Notes: generated by a model not told the origin, from the sequence alone. 64,000 bases of DNA from Lytechinus pictus (GCF_037042905.1 NC_087262.1:13950001-14014000); one strand, 5' to 3'. Positions 1-13,960 are shown, counted from the stretch's first letter. Translations and numbers: made by a program.

Positions 1-39
1 TTGCATGCATATAATATAGGCCTAGGCCTACATAAAAAA

Positions 40-1136
40 ACTAGAAATATCACTATCAGTGATTAATAATACTACCCCCGCCAGCAGCGCTCTACCTACA
101 TAAAAAATAATATCCCACTATAATAACCCCAAAAAGAAAAGAAAAAATGAAATATTTTGAAGTCTATCAGTTAGGGCAAAAACTATGCATCATCAGATAT
201 ATCAAAGAATGACATTTCACTGAGAATCCAATCAACAGTGCAACCTTCTTTTTTTTTAACTATTAGGCCTATATCTTGCACTTCTTCATATCACTATGGA
301 CCCATGCACCGAATTTCAAATCAATTGGTCAAAAAATGAGGGAGTAGTATGATCCACAAGATTTTTGCACCAATTTTATTTTAAAATGTTGTTGCCATGG
401 CAACGCAATTCTCGACTTTGACGAAAATTATATCTTGCACTTATATTTTATACACATCAATATGGACTTAATGTTCCAAATTTCAAATTAATTGGTCCTT
501 AACTGAGGGAGTAGTATGATCCACAAAAATTTTGCACAAATTTCATTCAAAAAATGCTGTTGCCATGGCAACACGATTCTCGACTCTGACGAAAAATATA
601 TCTTGAATTTTTATACATCATTATGGACCTATGTAAGCCTACTAGCCTAATTAAAAATTCAGGTCAATTGATCAAAAACTGAGGAAGGAGTTAGATCCAC
701 AAATTTTTTGCATGAATTTCATTCAAAAAATGATGTTGCCACGGCAACACAATTCTCAACTTTGATGAACAATATATCTTGCACTTCTATACATCATTAT
801 GGACCTATGTACATGTAGGCCTACTAAATTTCAGGTCAATTGATCAAAAACTGAGGGAGGAGTTAGATCCACAAGATTTTTGCATGAATTTCACTCAAAA
901 AATGCTGTTGCCATGGCAACGCATTTCCCGACTTTGACGAAAAATATATCTTGCACTTCTACATATCATTATGGACCCATGTATTAAATTTCAAGTCAAT
1001 TGATCAAAAACTGAGGGAGTTTGATCCACAAGATTCTGCAACGGACCGCCCGCCCGCCCGGCCACACGGTGATTCCTATATAGGGCCTAGGCCTACCCCC
1101 TTACAGTTACACACCTTGTGTGTGGCGGGGGTATAA
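40..1136. mobile_element. Non-autonomous Helentron/HINE-like element with an internal ~170-bp tandem array (~4.5 units, ~270-1040)
   Basis: Subterminal inverted repeat tacccccgcca (73-83) / tggcgggggta (1123-1133), CCGC microsatellite at ~1046, terminal hairpin, and repeated unit containing gttgccatggcaac and gatccacaa. Confidence 0.65.
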
Positions 1137-1682
1137 AAAATCAGTAGTAGGCCTAAGTTAGGCCTACTAGGCCTAGGCTATAGCTACCTTCAAGACAGTG
1201 AAGCCATAACTTAGGCATTCATTGAAAAAAAATTGAATATCAAATACTAAAGTTAGGACTAGGCCTAGGCCTAAACTAAGTTAGGGCCTAGGCTAGGCTA
1301 GGGCTAGGCCTTGATCTAGTCTAGCCTTGGCCTGGGTCAGGGCCCAGGCCTAGTATGAAATGAGGTTTGGAATAAAAATATGCTTCTTGACATTTTTGTG
1401 CATGAGATCGCTGAATACCTTAGCCTTCAGGGCCTATACAATCCACGCTTCATGAATATACTCGTAATGTAGATAGATCTAGGCCCCGCCGGGATCTAAC
1501 AGTTAGGCCTATAGCTAGGCCTACATGGGTCTGCCTTGTTTTGCCTTGCCTTGCTCAAGACGACTCGACATGCTATTGCTAACCATAACTTACTAGGCCT
1601 AGTAGGCCTAATACTAGTTAGATAGGCCTAACGTTAGACCTAAGGTAGGCCTAGCCTAGCCCAACTTCCAAGCCTAACTTAC

Positions 1683-1693
1683 TCGAGTTCCAT
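1683..1693 (-). CDS. Candidate first coding micro-exon (ATG GAA CTC GA|gtaagt) of a gene running off the left edge
   Basis: Consensus gtaagt donor with an ATG 11 nt upstream, downstream of a CpG-rich CRE-containing patch. No other exon is visible. Confidence 0.25.
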
Positions 1694-2129
1694 TTGCTGT
1701 CTTATGACTGAGACTGCTAGTGCTAGCCGCGAGACCAGGGCCAGGGCCAGGCCCAGGGGTGAACATCATAAAACAACATCAATTCCAGACTAATCATTGT
1801 GCAAACTGCATGCAGACTGTCGAATGCAGTAGGCTAAGGCTAAGCTACCGTACATCAATCATATTCATAACGTATGTGCATCGAGTAGCATCGCAGTGAT
1901 CGTACATGACATTTTGTGAGTTGCATTGACATTTTGTGAGTTGCATTTTGACCGAAAATCGTATGATGGCACTGTTGCAGATACAAGAAATTTGTTCAAG
2001 AGAATAGAGCATATTAATACATATAAAAATAAAACTACTTCACCGACAAAATCATGTAATATCTTACAGATTAAACTGGATAACTTACCGCGGTATACAC
2101 TCATGATATGGCGACTGATTTCAAATGAT

Positions 2130-2190
2130 CGTACCTGCGCTGCGCTAGCGCTAGCTGCGCGCGCGGCCGGCGCGGTGACGTCAGTCAACA
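2130..2190. promoter_or_regulatory. CpG-rich patch with palindromic CRE (TGACGTCA, 2176-2183)
   Basis: gcgcgcgcggccggcgcggTGACGTCAg in an AT-rich background. Confidence 0.4.
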
Positions 2191-2860
2191 AGTTTGACCA
2201 ATGAAATGTTTCATCGAAGACAACGTCATTTTGAAGAGAATACGTATCAAAAATTTTCAGCATCCACGTCATTTTGTCGGGGGGGGGGGGGGGGCACTCA
2301 ACTTTGGGTTTGGTAGGGATGTGCGGCCCCGGTTTCTGAAACGGGGGACAGGTATAACCGAGTTGACTCTGAAAAGGAGATCTATAACCGAAGTGACCTT
2401 AAAAGCAGTGGCGGCACCAGGATTTTTAAGGGGGGGGGCAAATAGGGGGCAAAACAAAATGTGGGGGGGGGGGCAATGCCGGACAAAAAAACCCTCCCTT
2501 TTCTTTTCTTTCTCATTTTCAACCCTTTAATTTTTCACTCCGAAAATTATTGGGGGCAACTTGGAGGGGGGGGCCGGGCAAAGCTTCTGACGGGGGGGGG
2601 GGGGGGTCAAATGCCGTTTGAAGTTGAGAGCTATTTTTTGTCAATTGCTCTGGAAGCAAAAAAATCTGAAATTTGCTTAAAATGGCCGGGGGTCTAGATA
2701 TTAAATTTCCCCCAAAAGGGATTAAGAATTTTCAAAAAGGGCTTGTGAACTAAATATTGTGCTTGAATTTATATGGGGTCTACGGAGCGGCAGGCAATTA
2801 AGGCGTGAAGAGGGTGTTTGCGGCGGCACATTTTTTAGGTCAGTACGTGCCCCGGGCATT

Positions 2861-3165
2861 TTGTCATTCAAAAGGGAACGATTCTCTATTTTCATTAAAT
2901 AGTCTTCTATTCAAAATATTTGACAAGGAAATCTTTTTGTTATTGTCATTCAAAATGAAACGATTCTTTTCATTTTAAATAGTTTTCTAATCATTTTGAA
3001 CAGTTTTCTATTCAAAATATTTGACAAGGAAATCTTTTTATCTTTGTCATTCAAAATGAAACGATTCTTTTTCATTTTGAACAGTTTTCTAATCATTTTG
3101 AATAGAAAACTATTCATTTTGAATAGTTTTCTATTCGAAAATATTTGACAAGGAAATCTTTTCAG
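2861..3165. repeat. Degenerate tandem repeat, ~80-110 bp unit, 3 copies
   Basis: ttgtcattcaaaatgaaacgattc...aaaatatttgacaaggaaatctttt recurs three times. Confidence 0.8.
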
Positions 3166-3764
3166 AATTTGAAGAGGTTATTTTAAGAGTGTAGGGCGAA
3201 CGCGGTAGCCCGTAGCGGACATTTGAGGGGAGCGGACGAGGGGAGACGCCCGCGTCCGCTCCCCTAGGACATGAGTGCCCGCGTCTATCCTAGGGTGTTT
3301 CCCTAGGATGTTCGGCCGTGCATTCTTGGTCGAAAGAGGAGGTCTGATTTGACACATTCGTTCAAGACTGCATGTGATTTTTATCTCATATCAAGCACAA
3401 GTTTTCGATAATTTATCGTGGATAAAATCTGTTTTGAAAATTACAAAGTTTTGGGTTGATAACTGGGATTTTAGGCTTTTCACCGAATTACTTTATTTGT
3501 GTTCGATTACACACTGGCATCAGCGTAAAGGGTCCTTTTCTATACATGTATATGAATATTCTCCCGTGGTGTCCGTTATTTCATTCACTGACATGGTTAG
3601 TCGTGATCGTAAATGAGTTTCTGACGAAGGAGCAGGTATTTGTCGATGTTGACCCTACATTCCAGAGGTCGTCCTAGAACTATTTACTCTATTCTTTCCC
3701 TACATGGTCATCCTTTTTTATATACCCTGACATGCCTTTCAGGCGCGGATCTACGAGATGCAGA

Positions 3765-4280
3765 TAAAAGGGAGAAGAAGAAAGCAAAAATGAAAGAAAA
3801 GGCGAAAATGAAGGGATGGATTGAAGACGAGAAGGAAAGAGATAAGAGAAATAGAAAAAGTGAGAGAAGGGGAAAGGGGAGAAAGAGAAAATAGAGCGGG
3901 GGGGGGGGGGGAGGAGAAAGAGGGAGAGGGGGTAAAGAAAAGAAATAAGGAAAAGGTGAAATGGAGAAGAAAACAGAGGGGATAAAAAAGGGAAGGTGAG
4001 GCAGAAAGAAAAGAAGGAAAAGGAGAAAAGGAAAATAGATTGAAAATCGAAGGGGAGAAGAAGAGACAAAGGAAGAAAAGGAAGGACAGAATGAGAAAGA
4101 GAGAATGATAAGGAGGGGGAAATTAAATAAAATGAAGAAGAGGAGACATAATAAAATGGAGTAAAAAAGCGAAAAAGGGAAGAGAAGGAAGGGCGCATGA
4201 AAAGGTAAGAAGTACAGGGGACAATAGAAGTGAGACTTAAGAAAAAGTAGAGGAAAAGAGAGAAAGTGGGAAGAAAAATT
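3765..4280. repeat. Purine (GA)-rich low-complexity tract
   Basis: Almost exclusively A/G; similar tracts at ~4470-4600 and 6400-6860. Confidence 0.85.
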
Positions 4281-4739
4281 TGGGAATTTGTCCAGATTTT
4301 CATGTCAGAAAATACGTTAGTAACTCGCATCTGCCCATTTTTACGCTGATGACAAGTATTGAACATTCTTGCGCTCAATCTTGTAATTATTTTCTCTCAC
4401 CATGCTCACAATTTCCTGCTCTCGTTGCATCAATTAAAAACTAATCTCGAATTAACATCCGCTCATTCAAGAAAGAAGAAAGAAAAATGAAAAAGGCAAA
4501 TAGGACGGGATGGAGGGAAAATGAGAAGGAAATAGAAAAAGTGAGAGAAGCAGAAGGGAGCGAAAAAACGAAGGGGAAAGGGGAGAAAGAGAAAATATAG
4601 GGGGCTTATTTTTTCATGGTAATATGGATACCATATAGTTCTGCAGTACTTAGTTATGAAACTTGTTTTACTCAGTAATGCTCACGCGTGATGATTAAAA
4701 GGATTTTCGACTATATAAAGGTGAACCGGGACGGGGCTT

Positions 4740-5110
4740 TCATTCTTTAACTTGGCTTGACTGACTCCTTTGTTCCCCCAAAAGAATTGTTAGGTTTGAT
4801 AGTTAGCGTTTGCGTGAGCACCCACCAAAACTCTTTACAAAAGAAAAGAATGGTTTGTATAGCTGCTCCATTCTTGCTTTGTCGGCAAGTGATAATTAAC
4901 TCGTTAAGTACCAATTCCACACACTACGTCATAGTAGCTTTCGAAAACATACTTTTACTAGGGTATGTGTTTAAACATTGAAGCTAAATGCGCTAGAAAT
5001 TTTTTAAATAGTTACATTATGTAAATAGCTTTTGTTGCTTTGCTCTGAAGCGCATTGAGCATTCAATCAAGATGGAAAGTGCGCTTTACAAATGCCATGT
5101 ATTATTATTT
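4740..5110 (+). mobile_element. Decayed L2/CR1-type LINE or SINE 3' tail
   Basis: aagcgcattgagcattc...gcgctttacaaatgccatgtattattatt tail motif. Confidence 0.4.
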
Positions 5111-8037
5111 TTAGCTGCCATATAACACTGAATTCTGTATTATACCAAGTTGTGACTTGGTTTTATCATTTCCAATTCATATAACAAAGTATATTTCTTC
5201 CTTCTTCTCATTTATTATTTCCACCACTTTCATCTCTTCCCAATTCGAATATATACCAATGTAACTTAAAAACCGCAATAGAGTGCAGGTAATGTAATCA
5301 GATGTTTTAGCAAAAAGATAAATCTGTTTCATCTGTTACATTTAAGTAAATTTATACTTTTATAGGGTGAGGGTTTTAGAGACCCGATTTGAACCGAAAT
5401 GAAAAGAACATCCTCATTTATTGTTGTTAACGCATCAACAAATTAATCCCCCCCCCCCCGTTTCTATGAACATCCTGTCATAAATTGGGAAGCGGATGTG
5501 ATCAAAGGAGATCAAAGGTGTGGGCGGGGAGCAAGACTCTACCAGACTGTTGACAATAACAAAAGAACCAAATAACAAATCGATGAGCACAACCAGTTTT
5601 GCTGGTGTTCGCTTTTTGCACGTCTACTTTGTATGATCTTAGTCATACTAGTATTCGTTTTCACGTACCTTTCATTCCCTTTATCAACGAATTGACGATC
5701 CCAATATTGACCGCATGTTTGTTTTAACATAATGAGAATTCGCAAATGCCCTTGATATTCATAATTCTGTTTTATTTTAAGTTTGTCATTAATGTTTGTT
5801 AAATTCACTCTGTTAATAACTTGTCAATTTCGATTTACAAAAAAAATCAAGTCTGCTTATTAATGTCTTTTGTCTATTTTAATTATTTTTTGTTGTTGAT
5901 ATGCCTTTCTTTCTTCTTTCCTGATTCCACCTTGTGCACCCCGTTAAAACTCAAGGAAGAATGTTTCAAATGTTTTCTAATTCTTACACTGTTCATAATA
6001 AGGAGATTGGATTAGGTGTAAAGTTCACGCTGAAGGGAGAGGAATGGGTACGTATGGAGAGAAAAAAAAACTTATCACAAAAGATAAAGAATTGATCTCC
6101 ATGACATTGAATCACAATTGTGTCCTATTTTTTTAAACAAGTTTGTATGATACATGTATGCCTCCCACGTAAGGCGTAAGGAAAATAAGTTTACCTAATG
6201 CATCAAATTAGATTAATTGATTAGATTCATTGCGGTAAATGAAAAACAGTAAATTCGATGTTTCAGCAAGGGTGACCAGATTTCACAAAATTAAATACGG
6301 GACAATCGACAAAGCACTATGTACCATCGGATCGACCGAGACAGGCCAAAAAATCAACAAAAAGGCTACACAATGTTAGACTTGTTAACAAAATATATTA
6401 AGAAAGGGGAAGGGAGGGTGATCGGAAGAAACAAAAGAGAAAAAAATGAGGAAACAAGAAATGAATTGAGAGGAAAGAAAAAAATAAGGAAAAATTAAAA
6501 GGAAAAAAGTTTGAATAAAAGGATGAAAGAAAGAATTAAAAGACAGATAACAGTTTCCGTCATTACTTGAAATGAATAAAGAAAGAAAGAATTAAAATAA
6601 AGGAACGGAAGATGAATAAATGTGTGAAAGAAAAAAACATAAGGAGAGAAAAGAGAAAAGTAAGAAAAATGGAGGAAATGAGAAAGAAAGAAAGAAAGAA
6701 AGAAAAATAATTTCTTCATTATTTGAAAGAAACAAAGACAGAAGAAAACATGAAGGAAGGAAGAAAGGAAAGAGGGAATAAGGGAAAAGAATTAAAAGGG
6801 AAAACAGAAATGAAAAAATGAAAGAAAAGGAAACAAATAACATCTAAAAAAAAAATCTAGAATAGATTCTGATCACGCTAGTTTAAAAATATAATGGTCT
6901 ATCACAACATAACCAAAGTACATGCACATGTAAACATAATGCAATGTACGTACCCTAGGGTACCCGAGGATAAGTGCGGGCACGGCCAATATTATATAGC
7001 ACGCATGAAACTGCGGGCGCGGCTAAACACCCTAGGGGGCTCCCCTTGAATACCCTCGGTTAGACGCAAAAGCCCCCTAGGGTGTTTGCGTGCTCGGGCG
7101 TGACGTTTCCTGCGGCCGGCACTGTAACTTAATTGATGATTTAATTTGTTTGTTTTGCTATTCCCTTAGCTATATTACTCTCTTGAATGAAACATTCCTC
7201 CTCTCTTGACGGGGAGGAATTAAAATAATATTTGTAAAGAAATGCACAAATTGACCATTTGAAATATTTTAGGAATGCTAAAGGTAATAGGTTTTAGCTA
7301 GAAATAAAATTATAGATGTAATTAATCATTCATACTTGAAAAAATTAATAGAGAATGTATTGCCGAATGCCTTCATGACAGTGAAGTCTCTGTCACAGAG
7401 GTTGATGATGAATCGAAATGACAGTTTCGTCCTGGACTCTGGACAAACGACATATTTGCAATTTTTCGTCAGCTCCGAAATATAGGACGGAACCACCGTT
7501 CTAGTTCACTAATTTCCGACAAAGACCTCCCAGTTGATCGTTGTGATTTGACTTGCATGTTCAATGCATTTCTGTGTTTTAGGATTCGTTCTGTGGTGCG
7601 GGGCAAAAACTCCTTATTCATTGATATAAACGCACACTTTTATGACTCTGAACCTTGGAAGCCATTACAAAAAAAAACAACTGTTACTTCCCTTAGTGAT
7701 TTCTGATAGGCAACATCATTCAAAGCAATAGCGAAATGAGACATACATTTTTAGGGGCAGAGCACCATATATGTATGGGGGAAATAATTTAGTTAACGAG
7801 CAAACAGAAAAGACTTTTCTAAGATTAAAATCTATTTTGAAAGATTCTGGCATAATATTCAGAACACAAAATCATATTTAACCCTTTTCCTTTCTTTTTT
7901 TCTTGGTTGTGGCACTCTTTGTGATGGTGTGGGGGGGGGGGGGCACTGCCTTTACTCATTCTATACGACATTTATTCAAAATTCAGTTAATACGGCAATG
8001 ATATCAAACAACACACCTTGGGTCCGTTTCATGAAAC

Positions 8038-8213
8038 CTGGGCGCCATTTCATAAAGTTGTTCGTAAGTTAAGAGCGACTTTAATAACGAATGGTATCCT
8101 TTCTTGTGGTAAATGGTATAATAAATTGGCGATGGTTTAGCACGTAAGAAATAATCACCAGTCGTACTTAAAGTCGCTCCTAACTTGCGAACAGCTTTAT
8201 GAAACAGCTCCCG
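8038..8213. mobile_element. MITE-like foldback element
   Basis: tttcataaagttgttcgtaagttaagagcgacttta is inverted against taaagtcgctcctaacttgcgaacagctttatgaaa. Confidence 0.7.
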
Positions 8214-8897
8214 GTTATAATAACACACCTTTGCAATAACAGTTTTAAGCTACTGAAATCATTCGATTTGATTGGCTGAAAGTGAGCTTGTTTTCGAAAA
8301 TTACGCCTTTGTTATTATAACAAACGGGACCCTGATGGGGAGCGTTTCACGAGATGTCTAGACATTTATTCTTCAAAGAATCATCCAATCCGATAGACTG
8401 AGAGCATAGATGTCAATGAATTATGATGACAAGATATTTCCAGAAAAGCTCCCCATGGAATTCATGAACTCGTCTATAAGGCTGATCAAAGTTTTGTTAT
8501 TTATATTCAGCTGTATGGCTGCGATCGTGCTGTTACCACAGTTTTGCTTCAAATTAAAGACAGTTACTTCTTCTTTTTTTCATTTTGATTTAGAATTAAT
8601 CGGCGATTGACTTCTGTCAGTCACTTGTAAAGGCATGTTCTAGATTTTTGTGCTCTTGTAAATAAAAAGATTTGAAATCTAACACGAAGTGCTGCAGTAT
8701 TTCTTTATTTTGTGGCTTACATTGGTTAATATGTATTATAACTCATATCATTTTATTTTCATTTCCTCCTATTAAAGTATCTTTATTTACTATCTATTTG
8801 CTATCTATTGTCCACGGCGGACTGCATTTGCATATTAATGAGTCAGAAAGAAGAGGATCGAGGGTATTTGAATTCCAGTTCATCATGATTTAGCCGT

Positions 8898-8970
8898 GAA
8901 CCAGAATAGCCCGGTGGTTTAGTCGCTGCCCGCAAAGCAGTAGATGGCAGGTTTGAATCCCACTGGTTCC
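8898..8970 (+). mobile_element. Degenerate tRNA-derived sequence (SINE head or pseudogene, GCA-like loop)
   Basis: gaaccag...tagcccggtggtt...ctgc-ccgcaaa-gcag...ggtttgaatccc..ctggttc; imperfect stems. Confidence 0.45.
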
Positions 8971-9659
8971 AATTTTTTCTGACTTATTAATTTCATTACA
9001 GATCGAGCATGCAATCTTAAACACATAGGAGTAATGCCGAAAATTTGTTTACAAATCAAAATTTTATTAGTTTATATTTATCAGTTATGCAAATTACTTT
9101 ATAATATCCACTCTCAAATTCCTTCTTTAACATGTTTAAAAAAGCCTTACATGTTTGTTGAATTAATTCGTCTTACACGAATTTTGTAAAACTACAGGCG
9201 GTAGGTTCCTATAGTAATTAAGCTTTAAGTTGGTTGAGATAAATCTTAAGACTTTGATTCACCAAATTTGATCATCATTGACACAGTTTGTTTTAAGGTG
9301 GTCAGAACGCGCAATACGATATTGATTTCATATTATATTTAGCAAATAACACTTACTGCACTATATACATGAGAAAACTGAAAAAGGGACGACACTTGCA
9401 AGCTATTTCCTGTCTTGACCTAATATTTCAAAAACAATAGTGATTCTCTTTTTTTCATGGCGCTAACGTCGGTGAAGTAGGCCCTATTTCTAAGAGCTTC
9501 AGAGATACGAAGGACGTGTTTACTTGGTTGGCTTTAAAATGTAAATCGCAAATGAACATGGAAACTCAACGCATGGTTTCTTAAGAGGTAGCGTTTAACC
9601 GATTAATCAACACTAGGCAGTTTTCGCATTTAATACGGAGACACTGTCTAGAACGCTTT

Positions 9660-9885
9660 GATTCCGTTGAAAATGCAATTAAAACCACAGTGGAGAGCCG
9701 AGAGGCTTTTGTCGAAAGTAGGTGGACTGGGACAGCAGATCATCCGAAGATTTGCACCGGACGAACAATTGTAATTATGTCGTTGTCCAGAGTTAAGAGC
9801 TTCCCATGCTGTCCTGGTCCACCAACTTTCGACAAGAGACCCTTAGCTCTCTATTGTAATTTGACTTGCATTTTCAAAGGAATTG
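9660..9885. mobile_element. Foldback MITE; a related, decayed, inverted copy lies at ~7400-7570
   Basis: ttccgttgaaaatgcaa...tgtcgaaagtaggtggac is inverted against gtccaccaactttcgaca...ttgcattttcaaaggaa. Confidence 0.6.
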
Positions 9886-11599
9886 GTGTGTTGTAGAGAG
9901 TGTTTTCGTAGTAAATGCGAAAAGTCCGGACTGTTTCTTACAAACCAACGTTTACCCATGCATCGTCACTGGATAGCGAGTTTGACCCAGAAAGTAATGC
10001 ACATCCAGAAGAAGGCCCACAGTGCGATATGTGTTTCAATCGATTTGTAATGACGGTGATTCTGCAGGATCTTCTTTTAAAAAGAACTTTCATATTTTGT
10101 GTTTGGGAAGAAGTTAAAAACAACGGATAGAAAACAGCTGTAACGCAACTGTGGTACGAACATTTTTTTTTCGTAGAACATTTTTCCGATTAATGGCATT
10201 GACTACAATGTACTCGTTAAAGTCAAGCGTACGATTAATAACTAACTTTCGTGTTACGTGATCCAGACTGACGAGAGCTATCGTGTTATTTCCAATAAAT
10301 TACATACCATCCGTCGGTTAGGAGTCGGTTTCGCCGATATCCGGAATACGAATTGGATAATCAATCTTCGGGGAGACGAGATTCTAGACGTTTCGGATTA
10401 ATTCAGATCTAGTGTGACATTCTAACGATGAAGTGATTCAGTCCGTACCGCATTGTTTATTAGTCAGCAACAAAACAATTTTTCTTTCATACGATTTTCC
10501 TCCGCAAATTTGTTGCGATGAATATTTATGATTCATATTTCTGATTTTCCTCAGATTTACGATGGGAGTAAACAAAATATGAGACATGATATTAGATTAG
10601 AGGAATATTTTTAATGAGAGAAAGTGAGAGAGAGAGAAAGAAAGAAAGAAAGAAAGCGAGCGAGCGGGTAAGACGAGAGGGGAGACTGAGGACGGGGATT
10701 GTGGGAGGGTGAATTTTTCATTTTTTCTTTATTATTTTTCTTTATATAAGCAAGGTGGAGAAATAGGGTTTGAATCGTGAAGAGTTTAGCCGTTAGGGCC
10801 TATATTCATACCTAACACCGTCAGTTTGAAAAAAAAATCGATTCCAAAGGCTTGCACTTCTATTTTACATATCTGAAAGATCTCTTTATTCATGAAAGAA
10901 AAAATCTATATCAAGTGAAAAAAATATTTATATTGGAATCAATCTCTATGCATCAGGGTATAGGAGAAAACAATGAATGTACCAAAATTAGACAGGGGTC
11001 AGGCAGGGTTGCGTTATAGTGACCAGACCTGTTCAATATTTATACGCCTAATGAATCATCTTAAAGAGAACTGGAGAAGGGGAGGAGATAAGGGTGGGTG
11101 ACCATGGAATCAATTATGATTTTGATTCTCTCTTATACCATCTACGTAAATGCTCCAGTTACACCGGTGAATCGACTCCAAACTGACCAATGGTATTCCA
11201 TTTGAAATTACGTAATAGCTTTGATCGGTTATGGAGTCTATTGCGATGGTGTGACTAGCATTGAGGAATACTCTTGAGAGACCACAGTCACGATATAAAT
11301 TAGTACACATGGTATAAAATAGAGGGAATTGCTTGGTGTAGTCTCCAAACATCTAAGGAGAGCAGTTAAATGTAAGTTGAAATATTGAAAGAACAGATCA
11401 TTACCACGTCAGCTTGATCACCGAATGAGAACGATGTGAGACCACAGTCACACATACGATACCGATTCCGAACTTGACAGATGATATGTCATTGGAAATA
11501 ACATGATAAATTTCATCGGTCTGGAGTTTGTTTCGCAGGTGTAACCATGGTTACTATATGGGTGAATTTATCGAACAGTCACACCAACGAAATAGACAC

Positions 11600-11762
11600 C
11601 AGGAGAGCGTTTCATCCACATTTTTGTCCGAAAAGTTATATCTTACAACTTTCTTTTAAATTTTGATGTCCTGAGAGACACTGTTACTATGGTAACCATC
11701 GGATATAACAGTACTTGTCGGAGAAAACGTCCGACAAGTCCTTTCATAAAACGCTCCCCAGA
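11600..11762. mobile_element. ~160-bp MITE family (also 16558-16710, 29369-29512, 33405-33560, 44552-44708; weaker at 19525-19650)
   Basis: TIR ggagcgtttcat/atgaaacgctcc and shared internal gttactatggtaac..tcggata. Confidence 0.75.
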
Positions 11763-13960
11763 TCGATCAAACTTTTGCGTTACATCAAATGGCAATTGAT
11801 CCATCGATTTGGAGTAGCGTGACTGTAGCATAAGGCACAGCATTGATGATGGGAGGTAGTGGGGAGGGATGTAATTGCCCCACTTGGTACCCCTTTGCTC
11901 TCCGGCCATGCACCCTCTACAGTGCGTCCCAAAAACAAACTGTACACTTTTGAAATGGCTGCCAAATAAAAAATATAGCATTTTGGGGAAAAAGACTTAC
12001 ATATATGGAAAGCCAATAAAGTCAACTTTCAAATGACACCAAAAAGTTGGAAAACTGTTCATGCTTGAGCGAGCACTGCCCACTGAAACAAAGGGTATGA
12101 AAATTAGGGTGGGCTGGAATTAGCCTTCCAATTTATGTCAGTTTTTAAGAGGCAAATCATTTCGAACTTGCAAAGTTAAGGGCGTTGTGATAAATTAATG
12201 ATCAACCGTGACCAGTTTTGGTTGCTTATGCAAATTTTTTAAATTATTAAATTGAACTTTAATGCATGAGTGAACACAAATTACACTTTTTGGGCAGCAT
12301 TTCAACTTTATCATGTGGATCTCAGCAATGTGTTCATGGGAGTCGGGAGAATAGGGGGTGAGATAGGACTTAAGTGGGAGAAGTAGGTTGATGGAATAAA
12401 GGTCAACAGAACATTCAGCCCCCGCCCCCTCCCTCTTTCCCGCCCTCCCCTCCTGTTGAGAGACTGATGGCTATTGTCATGTACGCGTGAAGTCCAGAGC
12501 GGAATGTTGATTTAATGATTAATTCTGAATTGGGGCATCAACTTTTTCCTATCAATCATTTCATCAACAATTTATCAGTAAATCAACTCATTCAATGTGC
12601 AATGTGATCAATCAAACATTCAGTTTTTTTTTCAATAAATTATTTCATTAGTCATCATAATAATTAAATTTCTTGGTAATAATTCAATAAAAAAGTGACC
12701 ATCAGCAACCGGTAACTTGGTAGCTAAGTTTTGAATAGGCTACAATCTAGGAAGTGAGACAGAGAGGGGGGGGGGGGGGGGCTGGGAAATGGGGGTGGAG
12801 AGGGGAGGGTACATATGACTTTTAATTTGTAAAAGGACAAAAAGCCTTTGCTAAATTATTATGATATTTGATGCATGAGTGAACAGGAATTGAAATTTTA
12901 GTGTAGCATATTCATCTTGTGGACCTCAGAAGTGTGTTCGTGAGAGTCAGAGTAATGTGATGGTACCTGTTACAAGCAAGAGGGCGAGCCTGTTAACATT
13001 ATGAATATTATAATATACTGATTGACATATTTTCGTTACATGTGCATCCATGGACATATATCGTCTATTCATGAAGCAGGGAAGGAAGACACCACTAAAT
13101 ATAAACACAGATGTGTGTAAAAAAATGTTTTGACGATTCAGTGCGATTCATTCTAGCAAGCAAGGTATATCGTTCTTGAACATGTTGGCTTGTCATTGTG
13201 CTTCAGTGAGCTAATAAAAATTCCATGCGCAGGGACATGTATGTTTATGTTGTAATATTCATTTTGTATATTTTCACCGTTACATTTTTTTGTCATCCGG
13301 AAGAAAAACAAACAAGCAGACAAATTCTAACAGACTAATAACATTTCAATTTTCTTGAAAACAAATCGCTTGAAACCATATTGAATGTAGACTGATGTAA
13401 GTGAGGATATAGTGGTTTACAAAAGAAGGTGAAATAGCGCCTCTTTTAATGCCAACTTATTTTTACAATATATATATATATTTTTTTTAATTGAAGTTGA
13501 AATTCGAGACAAGTAAGATTTAATATTAACCACTTTCAAAGTATAAAAGGTAAACACGATTAAAGACCTCGCATTATCTATATGTAGGTCATTATTTATT
13601 CATAATTCATATGGTTATTGGTGCAAAAAATTTCAATTCACATAGATATCATATTCAGTCATTCTATTTTATCTATTCACATTTTTGCTAATTTAATGTC
13701 TGTCTGATATCTAATTCGTTTTCATAATTATTTTGTATTACTTGATTGGTCAATTATTATTATTTTTTTAAACCCTTCCACAGGGGTCCTTTATTGAAAT
13801 CACTATAATACATATTTTTTTACAATACATGATTAAATAATTAACACAGTATATGACACACAAGTTGAATATGTACAATGCAATATTCCATGAAATTGTC
13901 GTAACATTTGTATAAAAAAAGCAAAATCAAAGTGCAAAGGAAAGAAAAAATCCATACAAG

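Noticed and set aside
3640-4378. 229-aa F/S/L-rich ORF and K/R/E-rich antisense ORF
   Set aside because: Artefacts of a GA-rich low-complexity tract; the same applies to 6495-6843 and 19119-19443.
3190-7125. cctaggg-rich blocks at ~3190-3320 and ~6950-7125 as the two ends of one transposon
   Set aside because: Only a right-end-like ggcactg-ta is visible; no matching left TIR or TSD could be defined.
9915-10130. Moderately GC-rich ORFs on both strands as a possible exon
   Set aside because: No recognisable motif, no partner exons and no convincing splice pair.
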